DNA from: Cyanophyceae cyanobacterium
GTDB taxonomy: Bacteria; Cyanobacteriota; Cyanobacteriia; Cyanobacteriales; Laspinemataceae
Length of the DNA stretch: 64,000 nucleotides
NCBI GenBank assembly: GCA_038321985.1
Contig: JBBQFN010000001.1
Span: 96,001 to 160,000 of the forward strand
Direction: 5' to 3'
Shown: piece by piece, positions 18,490 to 29,127 of the stretch
How the letters are laid out: every line of letters begins with the position of its first letter
Numbering within the stretch: the first letter of the stretch is position 1
Position numbers and translations under genes: made by a program
The notes under the pieces: model-generated
The model's input: the letters and a program-made list of their open reading frames with translations, nothing else
What the model was told of the DNA's origin: nothing
Databases searched by the model: none

Positions 18490-19140
18490 ATTATTCTCCA
18501 AAGTACAGTTTTTAACTTTCCATTCCCTCGGGCGATCGCCGAGCGATTAACCCAGGGGTTCGGGGGTTTATTTATTCCCCTAACATTTTATCGTCAGGAT
18601 AAAATAAAATACTCTGTCTTTAGGGTGAAACCCTCTTCAGTCTTCCGAAGTAATTTCTAGAGACTTTAAAGGATACGCAATCCGGTTCTTTTCCCAAAAA
18701 CCGCTAGTCAGTCCGGTGCGGTTTTTACGTTCAAAGCCCACTCTAGCCTGTTATACTTTACCTCCTACTTTTTAAAACTGAATCGGGTATGACATCGACC
18801 CCGACCCCATTGACTTCAAGGTGAGAGGAACTCCCGATAGTTATCATTAAAAGGAGGTATCCTGTTTATTCTCTACCCTGTGGGCACTTGGGGTGTAAAA
18901 TTTTTCTGGGTGGGGAGTTTACGCCAGAAACCTCCCACCCATTTAGGATGGAAGGTTTTGTCAGGCGATCGCTACCCTTATGGAGGCTCCCGAGTAGATG
19001 TCCCTCATCTACAGCACCCTCAAAAAGGGGGAATAAAGGCCGTGAATTCGGTACTTCCCGATGAATGATAACCCGTCTTTAACGGGGATTAAGTCAGTCG
19101 ATCTCGTAGAATAGATGAGAGTTTATCCACTGATTACCCC

Positions 19141-22100
19141 TCATCGTTGTAACAGGAAATGGTCGCCGTAATTTAATAAATCCTCTAGGGTTTCTAAGCG
19201 ATTTTCCCAAGTTTGGATCTGATAGGGTTTTTGCAAGGAATAGAGGTGCATCCACCCCCGAAATTGGCGGCGAAATTCATTCAAAGCAGAATGCGCTTGC
19301 TGTAAATTTTCCCCCGAAGGATCACTCTCCAACTGTTCCAGAGCTTCAGTTAATTGTAATCCTTTATTCTTAAACCCGGTGAAGTCAGTATCTCTCATAG
19401 ATAACTCCTCCGTATCCCGCAAAAATTGCCATTCCCGTTGCAATCCGGCAAACCGCGCTGCTGCTGTGGCAAAGGGTTCGCGGTAGGGAATAGGAGTCCG
19501 ATCGCCCAAGGCAGATGGACCTTGAGTGCGCTGAAAAATCCCCTTTAACTCTGGGTTAAGATTTTCCACGGCAAACAGCGCATATCCTCCTACAGAGTGA
19601 TTTCTTAATGCCTGAATCTGGTCTACTGCAATAATTTCCGGTAGATTCAGCAGACGAATGGCGGGTAACACCAAAGCAGCACCGAGATTCCCCTGATTAA
19701 TCCAAGGTTCTGCCAATTGTTCCAGGCGGTTAGTATCCATTGCATAAGTCATGGGTACAACCAAATCAATATCTCCGCGACGCGCCCATTCTTCCCAGTT
19801 TTGCTGGATTTTGTGGAGGCGATCGTGAGGATTTAACGGAAATACTGCCACGGATAAGATTAAGTCAGAACGCAGACTCCGCAGAAGTTGAGATGCATCG
19901 GAAACAAAACTATCGACTTGACGTACCCGAAAATCCGTCCACTGCTGCCACAAGTCGCGATCGCCAGGACTAATCGTCATCGGGTCCACACCTGTTAAGT
20001 TCTGAAACTCCTGGCGTGCTACCTTGCCATATCCATAACTACGTTCCGCACTAGGGTCCTGAAAGGGATATCGAATATAATCCAACTGCACCCCATCCAC
20101 TTCGTAGCGGGTGGCAATTTCCTCTAACATCCGCAACAAATAACTGCGAACCTCGGGATTTGCCGGGTCTAAAAAGGGCTTGGTTTGCCCTCGGGGAATC
20201 ATTTGTCCTTCGTTGGTATAACCCGCCCAGTCCGGATTAGCCGCAATCAGAGGACCCGGATAATTGGGGTCTAAATTCAGTAAGACATTGTGGCGCTGAT
20301 TCCCGGCAGCGAAGGTCCACACCCAAGCGTGTAACTCCATGCCGCGATCGTGAGCCAGTTTGACAGCGGCGGCGAGGGGGTCCCAATTTCCAATTAAGGG
20401 ATTCTGCTGGGGTGCCACCTCAGAGGGATAAATGGGATATCCAGCATTCACAGTTTCAAAAAAGACTGTATTGATACCCGCAGCCGCAAGAGTATCAAAA
20501 ATCTGGGCTAGACCCTGTTCGGACCCAGCGCGGACAATGGAACCGCGATCTAACCACATGGCGCGGATTTCCGGTTGGGCTAAAACGCCGTTAGTGGGAT
20601 AGTTGTCCCAGAGTAAATCCCGAATTTCCAACCATTTGGCGCGAGCACCGGCATAGTCTTGTTGCTGAACTAATTGGGGGAATTCTAACAGGAGCGATCG
20701 CGCCGTGGCGATCGCCTCAGTCGTCGGGAGAAACGCCTGTTGTGTACGTGAGATCGCCCGAGGGTTATCTTCTTCTACTTCTTTCGTCTCCCCCATTGAT
20801 GCCAGAGAAGCAGAAGCCACAGGAGATTTCCCCATCGTTGCTTCTTCTCGATCCGAAGTAACCGGCTGGGGACCTTGAGCATGGACTGAAGCCGAAATCA
20901 GAGCACTTTCCACCCGTCCGAGGAGATTTTCCAATTCTTGCCGCATCTCGATCGCCTGAAACGAGGGAATCGGCAATGGCCCTTGGTCCACCGTCAGACC
21001 CGGAGGTGCCGTTTCTTCCGCCGGATCCGCCCCGTTTGGGAAGATCTCTTGTACTTGTGCTCTTGGAGTTGGGACGGGGATAGAACTCCCTGGAAATGAG
21101 GGGAGGGGAGAGGTCCGCACAGGTACAGGAACCGGAGTGCTGGGTGGGGGTGGTTCTACCTGTTGCCGCCGTTGGGCTTCCGCGTCCCGCAATTGTTGCG
21201 CCTCGGTATCCGTTGGGGAAGGCTGTACCGCCGGTTGGGGTTCGGAGGTAGTGCTCGGCTGACTGGCTTGAGTTCGGTTAACTAGGGGTCCGCGCCCGAC
21301 TTCGGTTCGCAAGAGGGCCGCCCGCAACCAGGCGCTGTCATACTCGACATCAGTATGGTTTCCCCACTCCCAGCCGAAGAACGTAGTGCGATCGCCAATG
21401 AGTACCGCTGGATTGCCCGGTGCAGGTCCCCAGGTTGTCATCACTGCCGTGTTATAGCCACTGGGCGCTAAAATTCCGCCTGGAATGGGGATCCGGTTGA
21501 CTTCTTGGGGAATCCAATTCGAGGGACAGAGTAATTCCGTGCGGCAATAGAGGGGTTCCATTCGCGTCGGTTGCGATAACTGACCTTGCCAAGTGCCACC
21601 CACAGTTGAGGCTAAAGCATGACGAACTCCCTCCGCCGAATTCACCCCTAAGGGCCCCGAGATGACTGCCTGGACTCCTTGACTTAATAAACTTTCTAAA
21701 GCCAGGGCCTGTTCCACCGTCCAGGTAGAAATATTCGGGATGAACAGGACCGTAATATTAGCGGCGAGGGAATCATCCAAGAGGCGATCGAGTTCAATCG
21801 TCTCATAAACTAATCCAGCCGCCCGCAACCGTTGGTCGATCGCCTCCCATTGGGCCTCATTTTCCGCACTGCGGACCACGCCTAATCGCAACGCCGAGTT
21901 TTCCGTGAGGGGTTGGGTTGGAACTCGACCCCCAGGAGGCGGGGGTGCGTTTTGACTTAAGGAGGTCTCTGAAATCTCCGAAGCTGGTGGAGTCGGCTGT
22001 GCGATCGCCCCTCCGACTGGCGCAGCCAGTAGGGATAAACTGGCTACTAAGGTACCAATTGCCCAGTACCCTAGGTGGGGAATCAACCCCCCCTCGCCCC

Positions 22101-22182
22101 GGTGGGTGTAGATGATGGGCTTAAACCGGAGTTGCACCTTTCTCAAAGATTTTGACAGATGATAACGGCGATCGCTTATCAA
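19141..22182 (-). CDS. Glycosyl hydrolase-like family 10 (GHL10/DUF187) protein, probably exported
   Basis: EIRAMWLD, GINTVFFET, WDPL...AHDRGMELHAW, LDPANPEVR and DGVQLDYIRYP, plus a Pro-rich linker. Start uncertain. Confidence 0.88.
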   Translation of the reverse strand: MISDRRYHLSKSLRKVQLRFKPIIYTHRGEGGLIPHLGYWAIGTLVASLSLLAAPVGGAIAQPTPPASEISETSLSQNAPPPPGGRVPTQPLTENSALRLGVVRSAENEAQWEAIDQRLRAAGLVYETIELDRLLDDSLAANITVLFIPNISTWTVEQALALESLLSQGVQAVISGPLGVNSAEGVRHALASTVGGTWQGQLSQPTRMEPLYCRTELLCPSNWIPQEVNRIPIPGGILAPSGYNTAVMTTWGPAPGNPAVLIGDRTTFFGWEWGNHTDVEYDSAWLRAALLRTEVGRGPLVNRTQASQPSTTSEPQPAVQPSPTDTEAQQLRDAEAQRRQQVEPPPPSTPVPVPVRTSPLPSFPGSSIPVPTPRAQVQEIFPNGADPAEETAPPGLTVDQGPLPIPSFQAIEMRQELENLLGRVESALISASVHAQGPQPVTSDREEATMGKSPVASASLASMGETKEVEEDNPRAISRTQQAFLPTTEAIATARSLLLEFPQLVQQQDYAGARAKWLEIRDLLWDNYPTNGVLAQPEIRAMWLDRGSIVRAGSEQGLAQIFDTLAAAGINTVFFETVNAGYPIYPSEVAPQQNPLIGNWDPLAAAVKLAHDRGMELHAWVWTFAAGNQRHNVLLNLDPNYPGPLIAANPDWAGYTNEGQMIPRGQTKPFLDPANPEVRSYLLRMLEEIATRYEVDGVQLDYIRYPFQDPSAERSYGYGKVARQEFQNLTGVDPMTISPGDRDLWQQWTDFRVRQVDSFVSDASQLLRSLRSDLILSVAVFPLNPHDRLHKIQQNWEEWARRGDIDLVVPMTYAMDTNRLEQLAEPWINQGNLGAALVLPAIRLLNLPEIIAVDQIQALRNHSVGGYALFAVENLNPELKGIFQRTQGPSALGDRTPIPYREPFATAAARFAGLQREWQFLRDTEELSMRDTDFTGFKNKGLQLTEALEQLESDPSGENLQQAHSALNEFRRQFRGWMHLYSLQKPYQIQTWENRLETLEDLLNYGDHFLLQR

Positions 22183-22487
22183 ACTTTCTTATTCCTGCAT
22201 CAAAACAGTAAGGAGCAATTCTAACAAGTTTGGGGACGCGTCTGATAACTTTTCTGAGAAACTCAAAAAGGAAAGACCCCATTGGCCCTGATTTCCCGAG
22301 ATTCCAGCGGTTGAAATCTCGGGACTCCTCCGAGTCAAAGACCGATACGTTCTGTCAGTCCCAAGCACAGTAAAATTAGGATATCCCCGATTGGGCCGGG
22401 CGTTCCACAGACCAATGAGTAGGCGGTAGGAAAAAGGGTAGGGGTCAACAGGGTAAGGACTTTGAGATTGATTTAGAGTTAGAGCAG

Positions 22488-22937
22488 TTGCGTCAGGCGA
22501 TGGCACCGCCACCGGCAGCAGAATCGGAGCAAACTGAGGTAGACGATCTCGCGGAAACGGCACCGCATCCAGTCACCTCCCCATCTTCCCGGAAACCGAC
22601 AGTATTAATCGCCCTGATCGCCTTGTTGGCTTTGGCTGTGAGGGGAAGTGCGATCGCCGCACTTAAGGTCCAGCAGTGGGCGCTAACCACCTCAACAACG
22701 ATTGGCACTCAGATAGAAACGGCGAAAAAAACGGTAGATATTGACCTCCTGAAACAGCAGCGCCAAACCCTGCAAACCGTAACGGTTATCCTAGAAAAAA
22801 TTCCTAATTTACCGGGGTTAAACTATCAACAAGCTCAGGCTAATTTACCCCAACTGCGATCACTCCAAACTACGGTACAACTGAACCTAACCGCATTGGT
22901 TGGCACCAGGAATGTCCCATGCAGAAATCTTAAATGA
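22488..22937 (+). pseudogene. Fragment of a membrane-anchored helical protein
   Basis: No convincing RBS or start. Pro-rich linker, TM helix and coiled segment, ending where a DUF433 remnant begins in another frame. Confidence 0.4.
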
Positions 22938-23028
22938 TTTGCCCGAGTTAACCGAGGAAGATATCAAAGCTTGTTTGGAGTTTGCCGCTGACTGAGAGGG
23001 CCGCTTAATTGCTGTAGTTTATCGATAG
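22897..23028 (+). pseudogene. DUF433 antitoxin-like C-terminal remnant
   Basis: Manual translation WLAPGMSHAEILNDLPELTEEDIKACLEFAAD*EGRLIAVVYR*. N-terminal half missing; internal TGA at 22993. Confidence 0.72.
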
Positions 23029-23103
23029 CACTTTGCTCGATCGCCTGGAATTGTATTAATTTACAGAGGCGATCTATATCTCCTCTACCCATTATTTAGA
23101 CTT

Positions 23104-23138
23104 GTAGGGTGGACATTGTGCCCACCTGCCCACCCAAC
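23104..23138. repeat. Degenerate REP-like palindrome (GTAGGGTGGGCA...TGCCCACC type)
   Basis: gtagggtggacattgtgcccacctgcccacccaac. Confidence 0.5.
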
Positions 23139-23194
23139 AATTGCTTCAAGGGATTAAACCCACTTAAAACAGGCACTACTCACCCGCCAATGGC

Positions 23195-25903
23195 TTAATC
23201 CACTGTCTCATTCACCGGGAATCGATTAATTAGCTGAATCGCCCGATAAGCATTCACTTTTAACCCTTCAGAAATGTGAGGAACGTAGGGAATCTGAGAC
23301 AAGAAATCCAATGTTCGACGCAACATCCGCACAATATCACCCTCATCCAGACTGGTATTCGCACAGAGTTCGGGCCATTCCACCCCAAGAGCCCACTCTT
23401 CCACGATCGCAATTAACTGCCGTTCCAACCAAATCGGGAGGGCCACCCGATGCCGATGTTGGAGTTGGAACAATTGCCGACGCTCTCCTTGCAGTTGGGA
23501 TAATGCTCCATCTACCTCTCGGGAGAGATTATAATTCGTCCAATTATCGGGCCGGGAAACCTCTGTCACCAAGGCGGCACAAGCGCAAGCAAACTGATGC
23601 GGTTCTAGCCATTCTAAACAGCCAGACATTAGCGCCAGTCCCAGCCACAACTCGTTATCTCCGCGAATAGCTGCAGCACTTTCCCCCAGAGGTGTCACCT
23701 CAAAAGTCAGGTTCTCAATGGCGTCTTCATCGCCATCCGTTTGGGTTTCCAACTGTCGTAAACATCCCACCTGTTGCAGGATATTGATTAAATCCAGAAA
23801 CTCTTCCCAGTGAGCCGTTAAATGGGTATCTAACTGGTTTCGGACCTTGTTAAGGTCGCTTTCGAGGTTTTTATATCGTTTGAAATGTTTAACTAGGGTG
23901 CCGGGGTGTCCGTACTCGTTCAAGGGATGACCCTTGAGTTGAGCTTGTAAGGCGGCAATTCGTCCCTCTTGTTCCTCCACTTCCGGTGCATAAAAGGTAG
24001 GGACGGAACTGGGAATCAACTGGGCGATCGCCGCTGTGTCTTGATTTCCTTTGCGAGATTGTCCGGGTTTGAGCACCAATTCCACCGGAGGCAAGGGCGA
24101 TTCATATTGATTCCACCGGGGTAGCGGTTCGTGCAATTCCACCACATCAAGTCCGGTCCCCACATACCAGCGATTGCTTTGACTCAAACATACCAAAATC
24201 GGCGATTTCCCCGGTCCCGGTGCTTTGGCTACCAAAACCGCCAAAATTGGCTCTTTGGTGACAATATGACGGCCTTTGAGACTGAGCAATTGTCCCGGTT
24301 CAGCGGTGGGAAGGGCTTGGGCGGCGATTGTCCGGGTCGATTCTAGGGCTTGCTCTTCAAGGGTTTTGAGCAGTTGCTGTTCGACCTTCATCCGTTCTCG
24401 TAATTTTTGATATCCTTTACACAGGTCCTCATCCAACCCTTGTAGCTGTTTTTTGAGGTTCTGCACTTCCTGGGCTTGTCTGGAAATTTCTTGAAGTTTT
24501 GGTTGGAGATGCAGGGTTGCCAAATATTGCCCAAAACTCGATTCGACCAATTCTTTGGTTTCTTCTAAAGTATGGGTTTGCAGCAGGTTTAACACCATGC
24601 CGTAGGTGGGAGTAAACTGGCTCACTAAGGGGTCTGGTCCGACGGTCGCTAAATAGGACGCTTCTTTTGCCCCTTCAAACCGAGTCTGAACCGTGACCAC
24701 ATACCCCCGTTCGTCCATCCCGCGACGACCGGCTCGACCGGACATTTGCAGGAATTCGGAGGCTTTTAAGAGTCGATGTCCATCATCGGTGCGCTTGGAT
24801 AAACTAGAAATCACTGTTGTCCGAGCCGGCATATTAATTCCAGCCGCGAGGGTTTCTGTAGCAAAGACGACTTTAATTAATCCCGCCTGAAAGAGTTCCT
24901 CGACTAATCCTTTCCAGGCGGGTAAAATTCCGGCATGGTGGGCGGCGATTCCTCGTAAGAGGGGTTGAAGTTGTCCGGTGCGTTCCGCTTCGGGATTGCG
25001 CTCTAAAAATTCATGGACTCGTTTGTGAAGTTGTTCGGCTTCGCGATCGCTGACTAGGCTCAGTCCAGAAACTTGGGTAACGGCATCATCGCAGCGGCGG
25101 CGACTGAATATGAAATAAATCGCCGGGAGCATATCCTGCTCGTGGAGATGGCTCAATAATTCTATTAATCCCGGTTCGTCTCGATTGGACCCTCTGCCTT
25201 TTCCTTGGGTTTTAATCAGGCGCTGGTTAATCTTAGTATGATCCTTACTCAGCAGGGGAAACAGTCCTTTCGAGCTGCAAAAGTAAAATTCTAGGGGAAC
25301 GGGTCGATAATCGGAGTAAATTAGCTCCGTTGGTCCATGCACCTGGGAGATCCACTCGGTCAACTGTCCGGCATTGGCAACGGTGGCAGAGAGGGCGACT
25401 AACTGAATTTCTGGAGGACAATAAATAATCGATTCTTCCCAGACGGTGCCACGCTGTCGGTCATTCATGTAGTGGCATTCGTCTAGAACTACTGCCTCGA
25501 CCCCATGCAAAGAGGTCCCCACGGCCCCAATTGAGGTACCGTAGAGCATATTTCTAAAAATTTCCGTGGTCATCACCAGCACTGCTGCATCCCGGTTGAT
25601 GGAGATATCCCCGGTTAGCAGTCCCACGTTTTGCTCTCCAAACTGTTGACGAAAGTCTCGCAGTTTTTGGTTAGAGAGGGCTTTGAGTGGGGTAGTGTAA
25701 AAGACGCGTCCACCCCGTTTCAAGGCACGGTAGATCGTATATTCTCCAATTAAGGTTTTTCCTGAGCCGGTTGGCGCACAGACAACTACGGACCGGCCTG
25801 CTTCTAAGGCGGCGATCGCCTCATGCTGAAATCGATCTAACGCAAAGGGAAACAGGTTATTTGACTCAAATTTTTTCAAGATAGGGGTACTGCTCACGCC
25901 CAA
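23195..25903 (-). CDS. Ski2/HelY-like DExH RNA helicase with DSHCT C-terminal domain
   Basis: APTGSGKT, TTPLKALSNQK, DECH, SAT, QMSGRAGRRG and DEGDIVRMLRRT motifs. Confidence 0.93.
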   Translation of the reverse strand: MGVSSTPILKKFESNNLFPFALDRFQHEAIAALEAGRSVVVCAPTGSGKTLIGEYTIYRALKRGGRVFYTTPLKALSNQKLRDFRQQFGEQNVGLLTGDISINRDAAVLVMTTEIFRNMLYGTSIGAVGTSLHGVEAVVLDECHYMNDRQRGTVWEESIIYCPPEIQLVALSATVANAGQLTEWISQVHGPTELIYSDYRPVPLEFYFCSSKGLFPLLSKDHTKINQRLIKTQGKGRGSNRDEPGLIELLSHLHEQDMLPAIYFIFSRRRCDDAVTQVSGLSLVSDREAEQLHKRVHEFLERNPEAERTGQLQPLLRGIAAHHAGILPAWKGLVEELFQAGLIKVVFATETLAAGINMPARTTVISSLSKRTDDGHRLLKASEFLQMSGRAGRRGMDERGYVVTVQTRFEGAKEASYLATVGPDPLVSQFTPTYGMVLNLLQTHTLEETKELVESSFGQYLATLHLQPKLQEISRQAQEVQNLKKQLQGLDEDLCKGYQKLRERMKVEQQLLKTLEEQALESTRTIAAQALPTAEPGQLLSLKGRHIVTKEPILAVLVAKAPGPGKSPILVCLSQSNRWYVGTGLDVVELHEPLPRWNQYESPLPPVELVLKPGQSRKGNQDTAAIAQLIPSSVPTFYAPEVEEQEGRIAALQAQLKGHPLNEYGHPGTLVKHFKRYKNLESDLNKVRNQLDTHLTAHWEEFLDLINILQQVGCLRQLETQTDGDEDAIENLTFEVTPLGESAAAIRGDNELWLGLALMSGCLEWLEPHQFACACAALVTEVSRPDNWTNYNLSREVDGALSQLQGERRQLFQLQHRHRVALPIWLERQLIAIVEEWALGVEWPELCANTSLDEGDIVRMLRRTLDFLSQIPYVPHISEGLKVNAYRAIQLINRFPVNETVD

Positions 25904-26362
25904 AATTTCCTAGTGATTTTGTTGACTGTTTTTTCCCATCGGTTCGCCAGGGTCGCTCGTTATGATCTAGTGGACGCTTTAGTTAGCAGTCGGATGCGTT
26001 TTTTTAACTTTCTCGTCCGCTGCCCTTAGAATTTACTCGCTTCCCAATTGCTTGACCGATGTTTGCGGGGATTTGGCCGTTGGCTGGCTATCTCCCCCTC
26101 TTCTTTATTAAAATCCCATTATTCTTTAGTTGTTATTATAACAATATTCCGGTTGATCCTTCGAGTTGAGTTTATACCCCTTCTGTTTTCAAATAATCGA
26201 CGGGTCAGCTTGCCAATTCTTGGCTTTAATTGTTTAATTCTTTTATTATGACCTGGGCGGTTTTCCTTGTACAGGTATCCCCTGTCTTAAATTCTCTCCC
26301 CTCGTTGAACTCGTTATCTCTTAACAATTGTTAATCTTAAAAAAGACAGGGAGGCAGGCGGG

Positions 26363-28597
26363 TTACAAGCGGCGCATGAGTTCGCTTAACAGGGAACCGG
26401 GGACTCGCGATAATGCCCGAGTTTGTCCCTCAATGCCAAATTCAGCGTAAATGGTACGAACAATCTGAACAATATAGGCCCAGGCGTTTTGATGACGTTC
26501 CGGCTGGTCTTGGGTCGCAGTCGCCCCTTGTACATAATGATGCAGGGCGGCATCGAAATGTTGAGCGCGGCAGGTAAGATCGGGGATGGCGCTGGTTTGG
26601 GTGACCAGTTGATAATGAGCCAATCCCAAGTTAGTATGGGCCGCAATAATATCAAAGGCTAAAATTCGGGGTGAAGCCGGAGAAGAAGACTCACTCCCTA
26701 CCGGCTGAGTCAGTTTCTCGCCCAAAGTAATGGCAGCATCGTAAGCCGTGATCGCCTCTTGTAAAAATTCCGCCCGTAATGCCGGTTCCGATTGAGAGTG
26801 ATTCGCTAGATGCCAATAGGCCGTCCCTAAATTATTTTGAGTAGCGGCATTCCCTGCCGGAAGGGTCTGTTCGGTTCGATACATTAAGGCAATCTGATAG
26901 GCAGCGATCGCCAACATCAGATAATCTTTGGGTTTTTCATACTGGGCTAAATTCCAATAGGCCGTCCCTAAATTATTTTGAATCATCCCATATTCTAGGG
27001 GTTGTTCAGACCGGGAGTGATGACGTAATGCCTCACTATAGGCGGCAACTGCTTGTTTTAAATTCGGCACCGCCTCCCGATGTTGGGCCAAATTCCAATA
27101 GGCTGTTCCCAAATTATTCTGAGTCGCGGCATAAGGGCGCACATCCCCATCCTGGGAGTTTACCAATTCCCCCTTGCGATAGTCTAAGGCTTGTTGGTAG
27201 GCAGCAATTGAGCGCTGTAAATTCTCCTCCCGGTCTTGATACCGGGCCAGTTCGCTATATACTGCTCCTAAATTATTCTGAATCCGCGCCCAGACGACAG
27301 GTTGGCTGTTGGCATCCAGATGTTGCAACCCCTGGAGATAAAGTTCAATTGCCTTGAATAAGTCGGCTAACTTCTCCTCGGGTTGCGATCGATACCGGCA
27401 TAGCATCCAATGACAATTTCCCAGGTCGTTTGCCACATCCCCCCATTCCGGCGCATCTTCCTCCATGAAGGCGATCGCCTGTTCATAGGCCAGAATAGCC
27501 AGGGTGAGATATTGCGGGAATAACTCCGGAGTGATTCCGGTCCCATTTTGATTCCCACTGCTACCCTTAGACAACCAATCCCGATAGAAAGAACCCAATT
27601 TTAAATAGGCATTGGCGAGTTCTCCTCCAGAGGTGGCCTGATCGTGCAATTGTTCCACCTGTTCCAAGAGTTTGAGAGGAAGGGTATTGGCCGCAGAAGG
27701 CACAAAGTTACTCTTGACATCGGCGGCAATTCGTGCATTTACCGTTGCCCAAACCAATTCCACCAGCTTTGTGGGAGGTTTCGGGGGAGATAAGGGAGAG
27801 GGGGAAAGCGCAACGGGGGTTATTCCCACTGGGAGGGGGTCTAAGGGGGAAGGTGTAGGGGCAGGAATTTGGACTGGGGGGCGACTGCCTTTAATCTCCA
27901 GGGGAGATTCGTCTAACGGTACCAATTGCCGGGTTTTAGTCTTCTGCTGGAGTAACCGGGGGCGGACCTGGGAGAGTTCCATCATTGGGGTGGGGGTGCA
28001 CTCCGGGGACTCGGCGACTGGGGTAGGTTCTCCCTCAAATTCAAATAGTCCCGTGTGGCAATGCCAAAATTGGGGTGCAGATTGGGCGATAGTGCGACAC
28101 CAGGGACGGGATACCCAGAGTAGGATGCTACAAGAAAAGAGGCGATCGCCTGCATCACTTAAGCGTCTCTCACTGGCATCTAACTCCGCCAAAAATGACC
28201 ACTGCACCGCTGGAGTGGCCTTCGTGAGTTTCTCCAACCCTACTATCTGGAACACCGGCAATGGCGATCGCAGATCGGACCGGGTATGGCGAGTGATCCA
28301 CCCTTCAATTTGGGCGATCGGATTCGGGTCCTGAAGATTTAACTCCAAACTCACCAATCGCGGGTAGTTGGATGTCCGGGTTTTCCCGTCTCCATTCTCC
28401 GGTACTTCCCCGCTTCCACAACCGGCTGTCAACTCCGCAGCTAAACTCCTTGCCAAACGGTTTCGCACCGGCAAGTCATCACAGACCGCCACAAAGATTT
28501 GATGGCGTAAATTCAGACTCAGCGCCAGTTTAAGCTGCTTGTAGGTTTGCCGATTAACGTCCAAAACTGTTAGGGGAAGAATATCCGTTACGATCAT
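26363..28597 (-). CDS. TPR protein with degenerate NTPase-like N-terminus
   Basis: Repeated A.TQNNLGTAYW units, a Pro-rich linker and an N-terminal LLWV...QSAPQFW...FEF segment. Confidence 0.85.
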   Translation of the reverse strand: MIVTDILPLTVLDVNRQTYKQLKLALSLNLRHQIFVAVCDDLPVRNRLARSLAAELTAGCGSGEVPENGDGKTRTSNYPRLVSLELNLQDPNPIAQIEGWITRHTRSDLRSPLPVFQIVGLEKLTKATPAVQWSFLAELDASERRLSDAGDRLFSCSILLWVSRPWCRTIAQSAPQFWHCHTGLFEFEGEPTPVAESPECTPTPMMELSQVRPRLLQQKTKTRQLVPLDESPLEIKGSRPPVQIPAPTPSPLDPLPVGITPVALSPSPLSPPKPPTKLVELVWATVNARIAADVKSNFVPSAANTLPLKLLEQVEQLHDQATSGGELANAYLKLGSFYRDWLSKGSSGNQNGTGITPELFPQYLTLAILAYEQAIAFMEEDAPEWGDVANDLGNCHWMLCRYRSQPEEKLADLFKAIELYLQGLQHLDANSQPVVWARIQNNLGAVYSELARYQDREENLQRSIAAYQQALDYRKGELVNSQDGDVRPYAATQNNLGTAYWNLAQHREAVPNLKQAVAAYSEALRHHSRSEQPLEYGMIQNNLGTAYWNLAQYEKPKDYLMLAIAAYQIALMYRTEQTLPAGNAATQNNLGTAYWHLANHSQSEPALRAEFLQEAITAYDAAITLGEKLTQPVGSESSSPASPRILAFDIIAAHTNLGLAHYQLVTQTSAIPDLTCRAQHFDAALHHYVQGATATQDQPERHQNAWAYIVQIVRTIYAEFGIEGQTRALSRVPGSLLSELMRRL

Positions 28598-28757
28598 CGT
28601 ATCAGGATCACGAGTGAAGCGAATAAGAGACCGAACTCTGCCGAGGGTACATTTAACTCCTGCGGCAAGTTGGCTTGAACAGATACTCTTTCCAGGATTC
28701 AGTTAAGGGTTCAGGAGGGATGACACCAGAGAGATCGTCCGGACGAATTCACAAAAG

Positions 28758-28939
28758 AAACGACTCAAGTCGGGACTACAAACAAAAGAAACGACTCAAA
28801 TCCTCTTCTTTTTGGTTCGTAGTGACGACTTCAGTCGTCCCCCAGTTTGGTAAAACCGGCTTTTCTAGGCTGTTTCTCCTGGGTTCGTAGTAACGACTGA
28901 AGTCGTTCCCCCAGTTTGGTAAAACCGGCTTTTCTAGGC
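28758..28939. repeat. Cluster of REP-like elements including a ~57-bp tandem duplication
   Basis: 28814-28870 and 28882-28939 are near-identical (ggttcgtagtRacgactKMagtcgt..cccccagtttggtaaaaccggcttttctaggc). An inverted copy lies at about 28758-28783. Confidence 0.8.
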
Positions 28940-28947
28940 GGTTTTAA

Positions 28948-29127
28948 CTAGCTGACGTTAGAAATTGTGGCAGCTAGGACCAATAAACCACCGACTAATA
29001 AAAGACCCAAAACCGCCTGGACCGCGTAGTTACGTTTTTCCGTGGTCGTTGGAGAGGTGGCGGTGTACATTTTCGGCTCTTTGGCAAAATTATTGAGCAA
29101 TCCGCCTTCATCTTCGCTATAGGGCAT
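28948..29127 (-). CDS. psb34: Photosystem II assembly factor Psb34 (Ssl1498 family), 59 aa
   Basis: Below the ORF-track cutoff. MPYSEDEGGLLNNFAKEPKMYTATSPTTTEKRNYAVQAVLGLLLVGGLLVLAATISNVS; GAGG upstream. Confidence 0.88.
   Translation of the reverse strand: MPYSEDEGGLLNNFAKEPKMYTATSPTTTEKRNYAVQAVLGLLLVGGLLVLAATISNVS

Noticed and set aside
18500..19140. Large intergenic gap with an AGGAGG at ~18852 and small hairpins
   Set aside because: No start codon at a suitable distance and no recognisable RNA family; cannot support a feature.
28814..28939. Possible mini CRISPR array
   Set aside because: Only two ~57-bp copies separated by 11 nt and no cas genes; the core matches dispersed REP-like elements.
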